64,000 nucleotides of DNA from Candidatus Sericytochromatia bacterium (GCA_036676985.1 JAKFBU010000041.1:64001-128000), one strand, 5' to 3'. Shown: positions 19,124-29,862, counted from the first letter of the stretch. The notes: generated by a model not told the origin, from the letters alone. Numbers and translations: made by a program.

Positions 19124-20512
19124 CTACTGGATCTTGCGGATCACGTTGTTGTAGATGTCGGCCACGTAGATCACGCCGTTGGGGTCGACGGCCACGGCCC
19201 CCGGGCTGCCGAAGCGGGCCGCCCCGCCCGTCGCATTGACCAGGCCGCTGCTGGAGCTGCCGGCGATCGTGATCACCTCGCCCGAGCGTGAGATCTTGCG
19301 GACCCGCGTGTTGCTGAAGTCCGCCACGTACACGCTGCCGGCGCTGTCGACCGCGAGGCCCTTGGGGTAGCTGAACTTGGCCGCGGCTCCGATGCCGTCG
19401 GCGAAGCCCTGCGTGCCGCCCGCCAGGGTCGAGACGACGCCCGTCTTGGAGACCTTCACGATGCGGTGATTGTTGGTGTCCGAGATGAAGACGTTACCGG
19501 CCGAATCGACCGCGACGCCTTCCGGGTTGCTCAGGCCGGCCGAGGCCGAGCTGCCCGCGAAGGGGAGCTCCTCGCCCGTGGGCGAGACCTTGACCACCCG
19601 GTTGCCCGTCCCGTGGGCCACGTACACGTTACCCTGGCGGTCGGTCGCCATGGCCCGGGAGCCGCCGACGCTCACCGTGCCGAGGCGCGTCTTGCTGCCA
19701 CCGGACGACATGGTGGTGTAGACGATGCGGCCGTAGGTGAAGTCGACGTAGTAGAGGCGGTTGCGGCTCGGATCGAGCGCGGTGGTCGACAGGTAGATGT
19801 TGCTCGAGTCGACGGAGCCCGAGGCGATGAGGCTGCTCACGCCCCCCGGGGTGATCTTGCGGACGCAGCCGTTGCTAGCATCCGCGACGTAGACGTTTCC
19901 CACCGAATCCAGGGACACGGAGCTCGGGGACTTGAAGAGGGCCGACACCCCCGTCCCCTCCTGGTAACCGCCGGCCATGGCCCCCGCGAAGGTCGAGACC
20001 GCGGCGGTGTTGTTGGAGGTGATGCCGTTGGTGACCGACAAGCTGGTCTGCGACGTGGCAGGCGGCACGGCCGGGTGGTTGAGCTCCGGGTTCAGCTGGA
20101 TGGCGAGGCTCGTGGTCGCCGTCTGGCCGTCCACCAGGGTGACGCCCGTGGACTTCTCACCGAGGATCAAGCCCTCCTCGTCGTAGACGATGCCCTTGAG
20201 GGTGGCGCTGCCCGCCGTGAGGTTGGTGAAGGTGATGCTCGCCGAAGCGTCGATCAGCTGAGCCTTGGTCAGGGACTGGGTCGCCTCGCTCGAGGAGGTG
20301 ACGAGGCTGAGGTCGATGTGGTCGATGTCGTCGACCGTCGCCTGGGTCTGGCGCAGGCTCACGAGATCGCCGCCCAGGAGGACCTTGAGGCTGGCCTTCT
20401 GCGAGACGCCCAGGTGGCCGCCGGCCGTGAGGGGCAGGTTGTCGCAGGCGGTGACCGAGGCGACGCCGCAGCAGAGGGAAAGCGCGAGCAAGCCGGTGGT
20501 GATGTGACGCAT
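19124..20512 (-). CDS. NHL-repeat beta-propeller lipoprotein
   Basis: Repeated P.GVAVDS.GNVYVAD..N..IRKI; lipobox VTAC; RBS AAGGAAGG. Confidence 0.85.
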   Translation of the reverse strand: MRHITTGLLALSLCCGVASVTACDNLPLTAGGHLGVSQKASLKVLLGGDLVSLRQTQATVDDIDHIDLSLVTSSSEATQSLTKAQLIDASASITFTNLTAGSATLKGIVYDEEGLILGEKSTGVTLVDGQTATTSLAIQLNPELNHPAVPPATSQTSLSVTNGITSNNTAAVSTFAGAMAGGYQEGTGVSALFKSPSSVSLDSVGNVYVADASNGCVRKITPGGVSSLIASGSVDSSNIYLSTTALDPSRNRLYYVDFTYGRIVYTTMSSGGSKTRLGTVSVGGSRAMATDRQGNVYVAHGTGNRVVKVSPTGEELPFAGSSASAGLSNPEGVAVDSAGNVFISDTNNHRIVKVSKTGVVSTLAGGTQGFADGIGAAAKFSYPKGLAVDSAGSVYVADFSNTRVRKISRSGEVITIAGSSSSGLVNATGGAARFGSPGAVAVDPNGVIYVADIYNNVIRKIQ

Positions 20513-20719
20513 GGTGCCTTCCTTTCGACATTCAAGAGACAGGTCGGTGTCGACGTCCGGGGCTCTGCTACCTATCGGCCGGATAGGGAGTCTGCCGTTC
20601 AGAGGTTCGACTGAAGATTGGACTGTTGATTGGACCAGGAATCAAACCGTTATTTAGACCACTGGTCTAACTGTGTGTAACATACCCCACGAGCCGTTTG
20701 GCATGCAAGGGGGGGGTCG

Positions 20720-20735
20720 TGTGAGAATCCTCACA
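20720..20735. promoter_or_regulatory. CRP-type operator
   Basis: TGTGA-GAATCC-TCACA, perfect N6 consensus in a divergent intergenic region. Confidence 0.55.
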
Positions 20736-20860
20736 CCGGGGGCGTGCGCCACGCACGATCGGGCGGGCGCCGCTCTCCCTCAGGGGGGCGACATCGGCTC
20801 CTTGTCGGTTGTAGCGGCTTGGATCCGGCGCTAGACTCGCCCGCGGGGACAGGAGGGCGC

Positions 20861-21613
20861 ATGGGCACGGGCGGGTGGTCGGCCTTGAACGCCATGGCAT
20901 GGGGCGGCGTCGCGGGGGTCGCCCTGCTCGTCGGCGGGCTCATGGGCCTGTACGAGCGCTTCTCGAACCGGACGATCTCCTTGATCCTGGCGCTCGGCGG
21001 CGGCATCCTCATCGCCATGGTCGCCCTCGACCTCATGGAGACCTCGTTCGCCCAGGGCGGCTTCTGGGCCTCCGGCCTGGGCGTCCTGGCCGGAGCCTTC
21101 ACCTTCTTCCTGGCGGATTCGGCGCTCGAACGGTACGGGGCCAAGCGACGCAAGCAAGCCGAAGGGCAGCCCTCCTCGGAGGAGTCGGGCTACGCCATCT
21201 TCGTCGGCTCCATGCTCGACAGCATCCCGGAAGCCGTCGCCATCGGCGTCAGCCTGCTCAAGGGCGGCAGCATCGGCTGGGTGCTGGTGGCGGGCGTCTT
21301 CCTGTCCAACATCCCGGAGGGCCTTTCCGCCACCGCGGGCATGGTCAAGGCCGGCCGGTCAAAGCGCTATGTACTCGTCCTATGGGCCGCCGCGGCGCTC
21401 GCGACGGCACTGGCGGCCCTCCTGGGGTACGTGCTGTTCGCCCGTCTGCCGGTCGAGCAGGTAGCCCTGACCCAGTCCTTCGCGGCCGGGGCCATCCTGG
21501 CCATGCTCGCAAGCTCCGTCTTTCCCCAGGCGTTCAAGGAAGGCGGTCCGCTGGTCGGCTTGTTGAACGCCATCGGCTTCCTGCTCGCCTTCTTCCTCAG
21601 CAAGCTGGATTGA
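20861..21613 (+). CDS. ZIP family (ZupT-like) metal transporter
   Basis: LDSIPEAVAIG, VFLSNIPEG, FAAGAILAML; RBS AGGAGG. Confidence 0.88.
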   Translation: MGTGGWSALNAMAWGGVAGVALLVGGLMGLYERFSNRTISLILALGGGILIAMVALDLMETSFAQGGFWASGLGVLAGAFTFFLADSALERYGAKRRKQAEGQPSSEESGYAIFVGSMLDSIPEAVAIGVSLLKGGSIGWVLVAGVFLSNIPEGLSATAGMVKAGRSKRYVLVLWAAAALATALAALLGYVLFARLPVEQVALTQSFAAGAILAMLASSVFPQAFKEGGPLVGLLNAIGFLLAFFLSKLD

Positions 21614-21619
21614 CGGGTG

Positions 21620-22033
21620 CTAAGAGGCGGACGCCGCCCTGCCCCGGCGCTCACCGTACCAGGTCCCGCCGACCACGGCCGCGGCGATGAGACCCGCCAA
21701 GGGAAGCGCCAGCCAGTTCAACGGGCAGCCCGTGTGCAGGCGTGAGACGTTGTAGGCGAGAAAGAGGAGCAAGCAGGCTCCGAAGGGCCACAGGAAGCCC
21801 CTCTGGAACGCGGAAAAGCCCTCGGGACCGAAGGCCGCGACGCCGCGCCGGGCGATCGCGAGCGCGGCCATGAATTGCCCACCGGCCAGGAGCCCGGTGG
21901 CGGCGTACAGCAACGGCTCGCTGCGTACCTCGACGGCGAGCACCAGGATGACGAGGAAGGTCGCGAGCGAGACGGCCGCGAACACCAGAAAGGCCAGGAC
22001 GCCCCGCACCGAGGCGGGCATGGGTCGTGTCAT
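21620..22033 (-). CDS. Hypothetical 4-TM membrane protein
   Basis: Four hydrophobic segments; RBS AAGGAGG. Confidence 0.65.
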   Translation of the reverse strand: MTRPMPASVRGVLAFLVFAAVSLATFLVILVLAVEVRSEPLLYAATGLLAGGQFMAALAIARRGVAAFGPEGFSAFQRGFLWPFGACLLLFLAYNVSRLHTGCPLNWLALPLAGLIAAAVVGGTWYGERRGRAASAS

Positions 22034-22085
22034 GGCTCACCCTCCTTCGACGGCTCCTCCATGTGACATACCCAGGCCGCGAGGA

Positions 22086-22799
22086 TCAGGGCAGCGCCAA
22101 GGTCACCGTCGAGCTCACCGTCGCTCCGGGGGCGATCGCCCCGCTCAGGACCGCCGTCTTGGTCACGACGGTCTTGCCCTTCTTGGCCGTCACCTGCAGG
22201 GAGGTCGTGCTGACGCCCGCCGGAAAGGCCGGCACCTGGCCCCAGGTGAGCTCGGTGGTCGGCAGCGTCGCCGCCTGGGTGCCGCCGCTCGCGGCACTCA
22301 AGGTGAAGCGACACTCCACGAGGCTGAAGCCCGAGGCCAGGCTCACGTTGGCCCGGATGTTCCAGTCCCCCGACGGGGTGGGCGCGAGCACCAAGGGCGG
22401 CAGGGAGACGGCGACCTCCGCCCCGGGGGTGACGGAGAAGGGGGCGGAGCGCGAGAGGCCGGCCGGCATGAGCGCCGCCGCATCCGCAAAGGCCTCGACG
22501 CTCGCCTCGTACTGTCCAACCGGCAGGTTGAGCGCGCCGAACTGGAGCCGGCCGCCGGGCTGGGACGGCAGGACCTGCACGAACGCCGCCGCAGAGGTGA
22601 CGTCGCGCACCGTGACCCGGAAGCATTGCAGGTCGTTGGCGACGTACTGGGCCTGTCGGGCCGGGGCCCGCATGGTCAGGATGACCCGGCCATGCGAGTC
22701 CACGGTCTCCAGGGGCCGGGCACAGCCTCCGAGCGCGACCAGCGCCAGGAGCAACAAGCTGCTCCCGACCCGCCGTGCCTGGCCCCAGAGACCCGTCAT
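22086..22799 (-). CDS. Beta-rich lipoprotein
   Basis: Lipobox LGGC; N-domain similar to upstream gene (QYVA.D....VTVR, Y.ASVEA). Confidence 0.7.
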   Translation of the reverse strand: MTGLWGQARRVGSSLLLLALVALGGCARPLETVDSHGRVILTMRAPARQAQYVANDLQCFRVTVRDVTSAAAFVQVLPSQPGGRLQFGALNLPVGQYEASVEAFADAAALMPAGLSRSAPFSVTPGAEVAVSLPPLVLAPTPSGDWNIRANVSLASGFSLVECRFTLSAASGGTQAATLPTTELTWGQVPAFPAGVSTTSLQVTAKKGKTVVTKTAVLSGAIAPGATVSSTVTLALP

Positions 22800-22803
22800 G
22801 GGG

Positions 22804-23325
22804 CTACCGGATGACGACCGGGGCGGCCGGGGTGTCGATGATGGTGAGCGCGGCACTCGCGCTGCCGACCGGGGTCGCGAGCAGGCGGAGGGTGGGCATG
22901 GACACGTTGGCGGGCGTCAGGGCCGTCGTCACGCCGAAGGCCTCCGACGTGCTCGTGCCCAGCGGGAGCGTGAAGGCGGTGTCCAGGTAAGCCTCCACCG
23001 AGGCCTGATAGGCATAGGTCGACGTGTCGTTGACCCGCAGGTTGTCGACCGTGAAGCTGAACGCGTTGCCCGTCAGGTGGCTGGCCAGGGAGGCGCCCGA
23101 GAAATCGACGGACGAGACAGTCGAATAGCCCCCGCCATTGACCGAGCCCCGGACGGTCACCCGCACGGCCCGGATGTCCCCGGCCACGTACTGGACCCGC
23201 CGCGCCTCCTCGGAGCCCACGGTCAGGCGGGCACTGCCGTACGTGGCTTCCTGGAGCGACGGCTGGGTGGCGCACGCGGTGGTGAGGAGGACGCTGCCGA
23301 CGAGCGCCGGGATCAGTGCTTTCAT
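22804..23325 (-). CDS. Beta-rich lipoprotein
   Basis: Lipobox TTAC; RBS AAGGAGAGG. Confidence 0.75.
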   Translation of the reverse strand: MKALIPALVGSVLLTTACATQPSLQEATYGSARLTVGSEEARRVQYVAGDIRAVRVTVRGSVNGGGYSTVSSVDFSGASLASHLTGNAFSFTVDNLRVNDTSTYAYQASVEAYLDTAFTLPLGTSTSEAFGVTTALTPANVSMPTLRLLATPVGSASAALTIIDTPAAPVVIR

Positions 23326-23564
23326 GGGCCTCTCCTTCTAATTACTCGGGAACGACGAGAGTGGAACCGTTGCCTTTTCTTGGGTCGGCTCCCGGGCCCC
23401 GGAGGTTCAGGAAAGACATCGTGAGCAACGTCAGGGTGCGATGAATTAACCACCCTTACCCATAAATAAGGCCCTCACATGGTCCCTATGACCGATCCTT
23501 CATAACGATCGATCGAAGGCTTAATTTGACTCATGCACGAAGTTAATCCCGGCGGAGGCAGTCG

Positions 23565-23597
23565 AAAAAAGCGACCCCGAGCACGCTCGGGGTCGCT
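23565..23597 (-). terminator. Rho-independent terminator of the efflux operon
   Basis: GCGACCCCGAGC stem followed by T6 on the minus strand. Confidence 0.8.
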
Positions 23598-23616
23598 TGG
23601 TAGGCCTTGAAGCGGC

Positions 23617-23874
23617 TTACTTCTTCTTTTCGAGGAACATGCCGCACTCGGGGCAGCGTGCCTTGGCGTTGGTGGACGTCACGTTCGGGTGCATGGGGCA
23701 CACGTATACGACCTTCTTGGCCGGAGCCTGGGTCTTGAGGACCTTCTTGACGGCCGGCTTGGTCGGCGTCGCGTGGTTGTGGCCGGCATGCGCGTCGACG
23801 GCAAAGGCCGCCGGGGCCGTCATGAGGACGCCCGTGAGGGCCAACAGGGTCGCACGGCGTGCGTTCGAAGTCAT
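23617..23874 (-). CDS. Secreted heavy-metal-binding-domain protein (putative metallochaperone)
   Basis: Signal peptide AFA, HAGHNH, YVCPMHP..CPECGMFL. Confidence 0.8.
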   Translation of the reverse strand: MTSNARRATLLALTGVLMTAPAAFAVDAHAGHNHATPTKPAVKKVLKTQAPAKKVVYVCPMHPNVTSTNAKARCPECGMFLEKKK

Positions 23875-23958
23875 TCCGCATTCCTTTCCAAAGGAGCCAG
23901 CTCCTCGTGTCGAAAAAGCCCATCGGGCGGTTCCAAGACTTGGACGCCGCCCGGACGG

Positions 23959-26900
23959 CTAATGTTCCAGGTTGGCGGCGACCAGGGGCCCCCGCCGTAA
24001 TTGCCAGGTCTTCCACAGGCTGAACAGGACCGGCAGGACGATGAGCACCAGGATCGTGGAGGTGAAGAGCCCCCCGATCATGGGCGCGGCGATGGGCCGC
24101 ATCACGTCGGCGCCAGTCCCCTGGCTCCACATGATAGGCATCAGGCCGATAAAGTCCACCGCAACGGTCATGAGCTTCGGCCGCAGGCGGAAGACCGCCC
24201 CCTCCATGGTCGCGGCCTCGATGTCCGCGGCCGTCACGGGCCCCCTCGCGATGGCCCGATCGAGGGCCTCGTTGAGGTAGACGAGCATGACCACCCCCGT
24301 CTCGACGGCCACGCCCGCCAGCGCGATGTAGCCGACCCAGACGGCGACGCTGAAGTTGTACCCCAGGAGCTTCTGCAGGAGCACGCCGCCCACCAGCGCG
24401 AAGGGAATCGACAGCACGACCATGGCCGACGAGGTGAACGACCGGAACGTCAGGTACAGGAAGAAGACGATGATGGCGAGCACGACGGGCACGAGGACCT
24501 TGAGACGGGCGGCGGCCCGGATCTGGTTCTCGTACTGACCGCTCCAGCCCAGGTAGTAGCCCGAGGGCAGCTTGAGCTGCTGAGAAAGGACCGTCTTGGC
24601 CTCGTCCACGAAGCCGCCCATGTCCCGGCCGCGCACGTTCAGGAAGACGATCGAGCGCAACAGACCGTTCTCGCTGTTGATCATGGGCGCCCCCTGGGTG
24701 ACGCGCACGTCGGCGAGCTGCGACAGGGGGACCTGGACCCCCGAGGGCGTCGGCACCAGGATGCGCTGCAGGCTCTCCGGGTCGCCGCGCAGCTCGCGGG
24801 CGTAGCGGACGCGCACCGGGAAGCGCTCCCGGCCCTCGACGGTGGTCGTGAGGTTCATGCCGCCTACGGCCGTCTCGATGACGTCCTGCACGTCGCCGAT
24901 CTGGAGGCCGTAGCGGGCGATCGCCTCCCGCTTCGGCTGGATGTCGACGAAGCGTCCGCCCACCACGCGCTCGGCGTAGACGTCCGTAGCACCCGGCACC
25001 TTGCGCAGGATGCTCTCGGCCTGGATGGCGAGGCGCTCCAGCTCCTTCAAGTCCGAGCCGTAGATCTTGAGGCCCAGATCCGTCCGCACGCCCGTGGCGA
25101 GCATGTTGATCCGGTTGATGATGGGCATGGTCCAGCCGTTGGCCACGCCCGGGATCCGTAGCTTGGCATCCAGCTCGGAGATGAGCGTCTCGGTGGTCTT
25201 CCGGGGGTCCGGCCACTGATCCCGCGGCTTGAGGTTGATGATCGTCTCGATCATGCTCACGGGCGCGGGGTCCGTGGAGGTCTCGGCGCGTCCCACCTTG
25301 CCGAGGACGGTGTCCACCTCGGGGAAGGTCTTCAGGATCTTGTCCTGGACCTGCATGATGCGCTTGGCCTCGGTGATGTTCACGTCGGGCAGCATGGTCG
25401 GCATGAAGAGCAGGCTGCCCTCGTCGAGGGGCGGCATGAACTCCTTGCCGATGCTCGTCGCCACCGGCACGGTCGCCACCAGGCTGAGGACCACCAGCGC
25501 CAGCGTCGTCTTCTTGAACCGGAGGGCCGTCTCGAGCACCGGCCGGTAAAGCCCGATGAAGAACCGCGAGACCGGGTTCTCCTCCTCCGGGCGGACGCGG
25601 CCGCGCAGCAGGAAGCTCATGAGGACGGGCACCACCGTGATGGCGATGATGGCCGCGCCCGCGATGGCGAGGCTCTTGGTGAAGGCGAGCGGATGGAACA
25701 GCTTGCCTTCCTGGCCCTCGAGCATGAACACGGGCGCGAAGGACAGGAGCACGATGAGCAGCGAGAAGAAGATGGGACGTCCCACCTGCTGGGCCGACTT
25801 GATGACGACCTCGAGGTAGTCCGGCTCCTCTCCGCGCTCCTCGATCTCGGCGAGGTGGCGGTAGGCGTTCTCGACCATGACGATGGCCGCGTCGACGAGC
25901 ACGCCGACGGCGATCGCGATGCCGCCCAGGCTCATGATGTTGCTCGTGACGCCCAGGTACTTCATGAGGATGAAGCTCACGAGCACGGCGATGGGCACCG
26001 ACAGGATGATGATAAGGGCCGAGCGGAAGTGGAAGAGGAAGACCAGCACCACGAGGGCCACCACGATGGCCTCCTCGAGGAGCGCCTCCTTGAGGGTGTC
26101 CACGGAGCGCTCGATGAGGTCCGAGCGGTCGTAGGCCGCGTGGATCGTGACGCCCGCGGGCAGGCCCTTCTCGAGCTCCCCGAGCTTGGTCTTGACCCGG
26201 TCGATGACGGCCTTGGCGTTCTCGCCGTGGCGCATGACGATGATTCCGCCGACGACCTCGCCTTGTCCGTCCTTGTCGAGGACGCCCCGGCGCAGGTCCG
26301 AGCCGAGCTGGACGGTGCCGACGTTCCGGACGTAGACGGGGATGCCGCCCGCGCCCGTCTTGACGACGATGTCCTCCAGGTCGTGCATGCCCCGGATGTA
26401 GCCGCGGCCGCGCACGGAGTACTCGGCGGCGTTCTGCTCGACCAGGCCTCCGCCGACCTCGTTGTTGCTCATGCGGACGGCCTGGGCCACGTCCTTGAGG
26501 CTCACCCCGTAGGTATAGAGCTTGGCCGGATCCAGCTCGATCTGGTACTGCCGCACGAAGCCGCCGATGGAGGCGACCTCGGCCACGCCGGGCACGCTCT
26601 GGAGCTGCAGGCGCAGGTACCAGTCCTGCAAGGCGCGCAGCCGGGCGAGGTCATGGGTCTTGCTCTCGACGGTGTACCAGTAGACGTGGCCCACGCCCGT
26701 GCCGTCGGGACCGAGGGCGGGCGTGACGCCCGCGGGCAGGTTGGCCTGGACTGAGGCGAGGCGCTCGAGGATGCGGGTCCGGGCGAAGTAGAGGTTGGTC
26801 GCATCGTCGAAGATGACGTAAATCATCGAGAAGCCGAAGGCGGAGCTCGCCCGCACGGCCTTGACGCTGGGCAGCCCCTGGAGGCTCGCGGCGAGCGGGT

Positions 26901-27099
26901 ACGTGACCTGGTCCTCGATGACCTGCGGGCTGCGCCCGGGCCACTCGGTGAAGACGATGACCTGGTTCTCCGAGAGGTCCGGGATGGCGTCCAGGGGCGT
27001 CCGGGAGATGGCCCACCCGCCCCAGAGGACGGTAGCGATGAGCGCGATGAGGACGATGAAGCGGTTGCGGACGGACCAGGCAATGATCTTTTCGATCAT
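23959..27099 (-). CDS. cusA: CusA/CzcA heavy-metal RND permease
   Basis: PLDAIPDLSENQVIV, GPDGTGVG, EFMPPLDEG, GRAETSTDPAPVSMIET, RLRPKLMT. Confidence 0.95.
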   Translation of the reverse strand: MIEKIIAWSVRNRFIVLIALIATVLWGGWAISRTPLDAIPDLSENQVIVFTEWPGRSPQVIEDQVTYPLAASLQGLPSVKAVRASSAFGFSMIYVIFDDATNLYFARTRILERLASVQANLPAGVTPALGPDGTGVGHVYWYTVESKTHDLARLRALQDWYLRLQLQSVPGVAEVASIGGFVRQYQIELDPAKLYTYGVSLKDVAQAVRMSNNEVGGGLVEQNAAEYSVRGRGYIRGMHDLEDIVVKTGAGGIPVYVRNVGTVQLGSDLRRGVLDKDGQGEVVGGIIVMRHGENAKAVIDRVKTKLGELEKGLPAGVTIHAAYDRSDLIERSVDTLKEALLEEAIVVALVVLVFLFHFRSALIIILSVPIAVLVSFILMKYLGVTSNIMSLGGIAIAVGVLVDAAIVMVENAYRHLAEIEERGEEPDYLEVVIKSAQQVGRPIFFSLLIVLLSFAPVFMLEGQEGKLFHPLAFTKSLAIAGAAIIAITVVPVLMSFLLRGRVRPEEENPVSRFFIGLYRPVLETALRFKKTTLALVVLSLVATVPVATSIGKEFMPPLDEGSLLFMPTMLPDVNITEAKRIMQVQDKILKTFPEVDTVLGKVGRAETSTDPAPVSMIETIINLKPRDQWPDPRKTTETLISELDAKLRIPGVANGWTMPIINRINMLATGVRTDLGLKIYGSDLKELERLAIQAESILRKVPGATDVYAERVVGGRFVDIQPKREAIARYGLQIGDVQDVIETAVGGMNLTTTVEGRERFPVRVRYARELRGDPESLQRILVPTPSGVQVPLSQLADVRVTQGAPMINSENGLLRSIVFLNVRGRDMGGFVDEAKTVLSQQLKLPSGYYLGWSGQYENQIRAAARLKVLVPVVLAIIVFFLYLTFRSFTSSAMVVLSIPFALVGGVLLQKLLGYNFSVAVWVGYIALAGVAVETGVVMLVYLNEALDRAIARGPVTAADIEAATMEGAVFRLRPKLMTVAVDFIGLMPIMWSQGTGADVMRPIAAPMIGGLFTSTILVLIVLPVLFSLWKTWQLRRGPLVAANLEH

Positions 27100-27102
27100 G
27101 GC

Positions 27103-28458
27103 CTAGTGCCCTTCGTGGCCGGGAGCGTGCGGCGCGGGGGTCGCCTCGCCCGCCGTCGACTGCCCGTAGTCCGTGGACGTCATGCTGCCCGACTGGATCT
27201 GGCTTGCCGCGTCCAGGAGGAAGCCGCCCGACACCGCGACGTTTTCGCCCGCCGCGAGGCCCGAGATGACCGGGTAGTACGCCTCCGCCTTGGCGCCGAG
27301 GGAGACCTCGCGCGGCCGGAACACGCCCGGGGCCGCCTCCACGTAGACGAGCTTGCGCCGGCCCGTGTCGAGCACCGCCGAGGCCGGCACCGCCAGCTGC
27401 TCGGCCCCGTGCGCCGTCACCAGGGACGCCGTCACGAACATGTCCGGCTTGAGGCGCTGGCCCGGGTTGGGGATGGTGGCCCGCACCTTGACCGTCCGAC
27501 TCTCAGCGTTCAAGAAGGGGTAGACGAAGGAGATGCGCCCCCGGAACGTCTTGCCCGGGTACGACGGCGTGGTCACCTCGACGGTCTGGCCCAGGCGCAC
27601 GTCGCGCATGTCGGCCTCAAACACGTCCGCCTCGACCCACACCTGGGAGAGGTCGGCCACGTCGTAGAGGACGTCGCCCTCCTTGACGTACTGGCCCGGC
27701 TGGACCAGCTTCTTGGTGACGACCCCGGACTGCGGCGCCAGGAGCTCCAGCGCGAGGGTCGCCTTGCCGGTCTTTTCCAGGTGGGCGATCTGCGCATCGG
27801 TGATGCCCCAGAGCTTCAGGCGCTGGCGGGTGGCGACGAGCAGCGACTCGGCGCTCTCGACGAGGTCCGGGTACGGGTTGTCCTTGAGATCCTGGTGGGA
27901 CTTGCGGGCCGCCAGGTATTCCTCCATGGTGGCCACCACGTCCGGGCTGTAGATGGTGCCCATGGGACGGCCCTTCACGACGGTCGCCCCCGTCGAGTTG
28001 ACGTACAGGCGCTCGATGCGGCCGTTGACGCGGGCCGTCACCTGGGCGAGCCGGGTCTCGTCGTAGGTGATGCGGCCGGGTGAGGTCAGGCTGCGGTGCA
28101 GGGCGTGGACGGCCACGGCCTCGGTCTTGACGTTCGCCAGCACCTGCTGCTCGGGCGAGAGCGTCACCTCGCTCAGCCCCTCCGGCAGGTTGGCCGCGGC
28201 CGGCGCGGCTCCGGTGTCGGCGGACTTGAGGGTCGAGGCCTTGACGAGGTCCATGCCGCAGATGGGACACGAGCCGGGGCCGTCCTGCTTGATCTGCAGG
28301 TGCATGGGGCAGGTGTAGTGATCCGCGACGACCTGGGTCTCGCCGGCGGGCTGCGACGTGAAGTGCTTCCAGGGCTGGGCCGTCACGCCGTAGATGGCGA
28401 TGAGGGCCACGGCAGCCCCCGCGAGGACTCGGATCGTCGTCTGGTTCTTGGTTCCCAT
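27103..28458 (-). CDS. cusB: CusB-like periplasmic adaptor with N-terminal metal-binding domain
   Basis: YTCPMH..CPICGMDL; membrane fusion protein motifs; His-rich tail. Confidence 0.9.
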   Translation of the reverse strand: MGTKNQTTIRVLAGAAVALIAIYGVTAQPWKHFTSQPAGETQVVADHYTCPMHLQIKQDGPGSCPICGMDLVKASTLKSADTGAAPAAANLPEGLSEVTLSPEQQVLANVKTEAVAVHALHRSLTSPGRITYDETRLAQVTARVNGRIERLYVNSTGATVVKGRPMGTIYSPDVVATMEEYLAARKSHQDLKDNPYPDLVESAESLLVATRQRLKLWGITDAQIAHLEKTGKATLALELLAPQSGVVTKKLVQPGQYVKEGDVLYDVADLSQVWVEADVFEADMRDVRLGQTVEVTTPSYPGKTFRGRISFVYPFLNAESRTVKVRATIPNPGQRLKPDMFVTASLVTAHGAEQLAVPASAVLDTGRRKLVYVEAAPGVFRPREVSLGAKAEAYYPVISGLAAGENVAVSGGFLLDAASQIQSGSMTSTDYGQSTAGEATPAPHAPGHEGH

Positions 28459-29754
28459 TTACTTCTCCCTCGACTTCGACTCGGGATCGGGCAGGTTCAG
28501 TTCCGCCTCGAGCTGGGCCATGAGCCGGAAATAGTCGTACTGGGCCTCGGCGAAGGCGATTTGCGTGTCAAAGACGGCCACCTGGGCGTCGATGACGGTG
28601 CCGAAGTCGGATTTGTTGACCTGATAGGCCACGAGTGCCGCCTTGAGCGACTGGTTCACCTGTGAGAACAGGCCCTTGCGATACAGTTGCAGCCGCTGGT
28701 CAGTGCGTTCGAGTTGGTAGGCCAGGTCGCGCACCCGATGGCGCAGGCTGGTCCGCTGAGCATCGAGGCTCGCGCGGGCGGCGGCGGTCGAGCGGTCGGC
28801 CTCGGCCACGCGCCCCTGGTTGCGGCCGGGCGTGAGCCAGGGCAGGCTGATCTCCACCATGCCGCCGAAATAGTTCATGGCCGGGTTCATGCCATCGGGC
28901 ATGGTTTGGCCGGCCTCCAGGCCGACCTCCAGGTCCGGGATCTGCCGCTCTTCGGCCGCGAGCGTCGAGCGCGCCTCCTGGACCGCCAGACTCGCCTCGG
29001 CGGCCCGGAGCATGGGGCTGTTGGCCTCCGCCTGGGCCTGAGCCTGGGGAGCGGCGGGGCGGGGCGCCTCCTGGGGGAAGTCCCGGGGCAGCTCGACGGG
29101 CGTCTCCGCCGGCCGGTTCAAGAGCGAGTTGAGGCGGCTCTCGGCGCTCTGCATGCGCTGGGCGATGTCGAACTCGCTGTCGTAGAGCTTGGAAAGCTCC
29201 ACCTGGGCCCGTAGCGAATCCTGCTGGGTGGCGCTGCCCACCGCGTAGCGGGCGTTGGCGACCCGCTGGAGGTTCTTGACCTGGTCGCGCGTCGCGTGGT
29301 GGATGGCCATGGCCTTTTCCAGGTAGACGAGCTCGTAATAGGCCTGCTTGACCTCGCTCGCGACGGAGAGCCACTTGGCCTCGTACTCGGCGCGGGCGGC
29401 CTCGGCCTCCCGGCCGGCCATGTCGGCCTCCAGGCGCCGCTTCTGGCCGAGGGGAACCATCTGCGTGATGGCGGCGCTGGGGCCCTGAAGTCCCCAGAAC
29501 TGCATCATGGACAGGTTCAGCCGTGGCGGCTCCAGGGCGCCCGCGTAGCCCGCGCGGCTCTGGGCGGACTCATAGCGGAGTCGCGCGGCCTCGAGGTCGG
29601 GGTTGTGGTGGCGGGCGATCGCGAGCAATGCCGGCAAGCCCTTCGCGGGTGCGGACCAGGCGGGCGCCGCGAGCGCCAGCACCGTGCCTCCGGCGACCGC
29701 AAGCGTGGCGAGTCGGGGCAGGACCTGATGGAGAAAGCGCGGAAGGATCGACAT
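28459..29754 (-). CDS. TolC family outer-membrane efflux protein
   Basis: NPDLEAAR, VKQAYYEL, ARYAVG..QQD.LRAQ; first gene of the RND operon. Confidence 0.88.
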   Translation of the reverse strand: MSILPRFLHQVLPRLATLAVAGGTVLALAAPAWSAPAKGLPALLAIARHHNPDLEAARLRYESAQSRAGYAGALEPPRLNLSMMQFWGLQGPSAAITQMVPLGQKRRLEADMAGREAEAARAEYEAKWLSVASEVKQAYYELVYLEKAMAIHHATRDQVKNLQRVANARYAVGSATQQDSLRAQVELSKLYDSEFDIAQRMQSAESRLNSLLNRPAETPVELPRDFPQEAPRPAAPQAQAQAEANSPMLRAAEASLAVQEARSTLAAEERQIPDLEVGLEAGQTMPDGMNPAMNYFGGMVEISLPWLTPGRNQGRVAEADRSTAAARASLDAQRTSLRHRVRDLAYQLERTDQRLQLYRKGLFSQVNQSLKAALVAYQVNKSDFGTVIDAQVAVFDTQIAFAEAQYDYFRLMAQLEAELNLPDPESKSREK

Positions 29755-29862
29755 GGCGCGGGTCACTTCTTGACGAACGGGCGGCGAAGAGTAGGCTAGC
29801 ACAGCCTCAGACGGCTGTAAAAAGTAGGTTCCCCGGACCTTCTCCGCCCCTGGGGCACCGTC

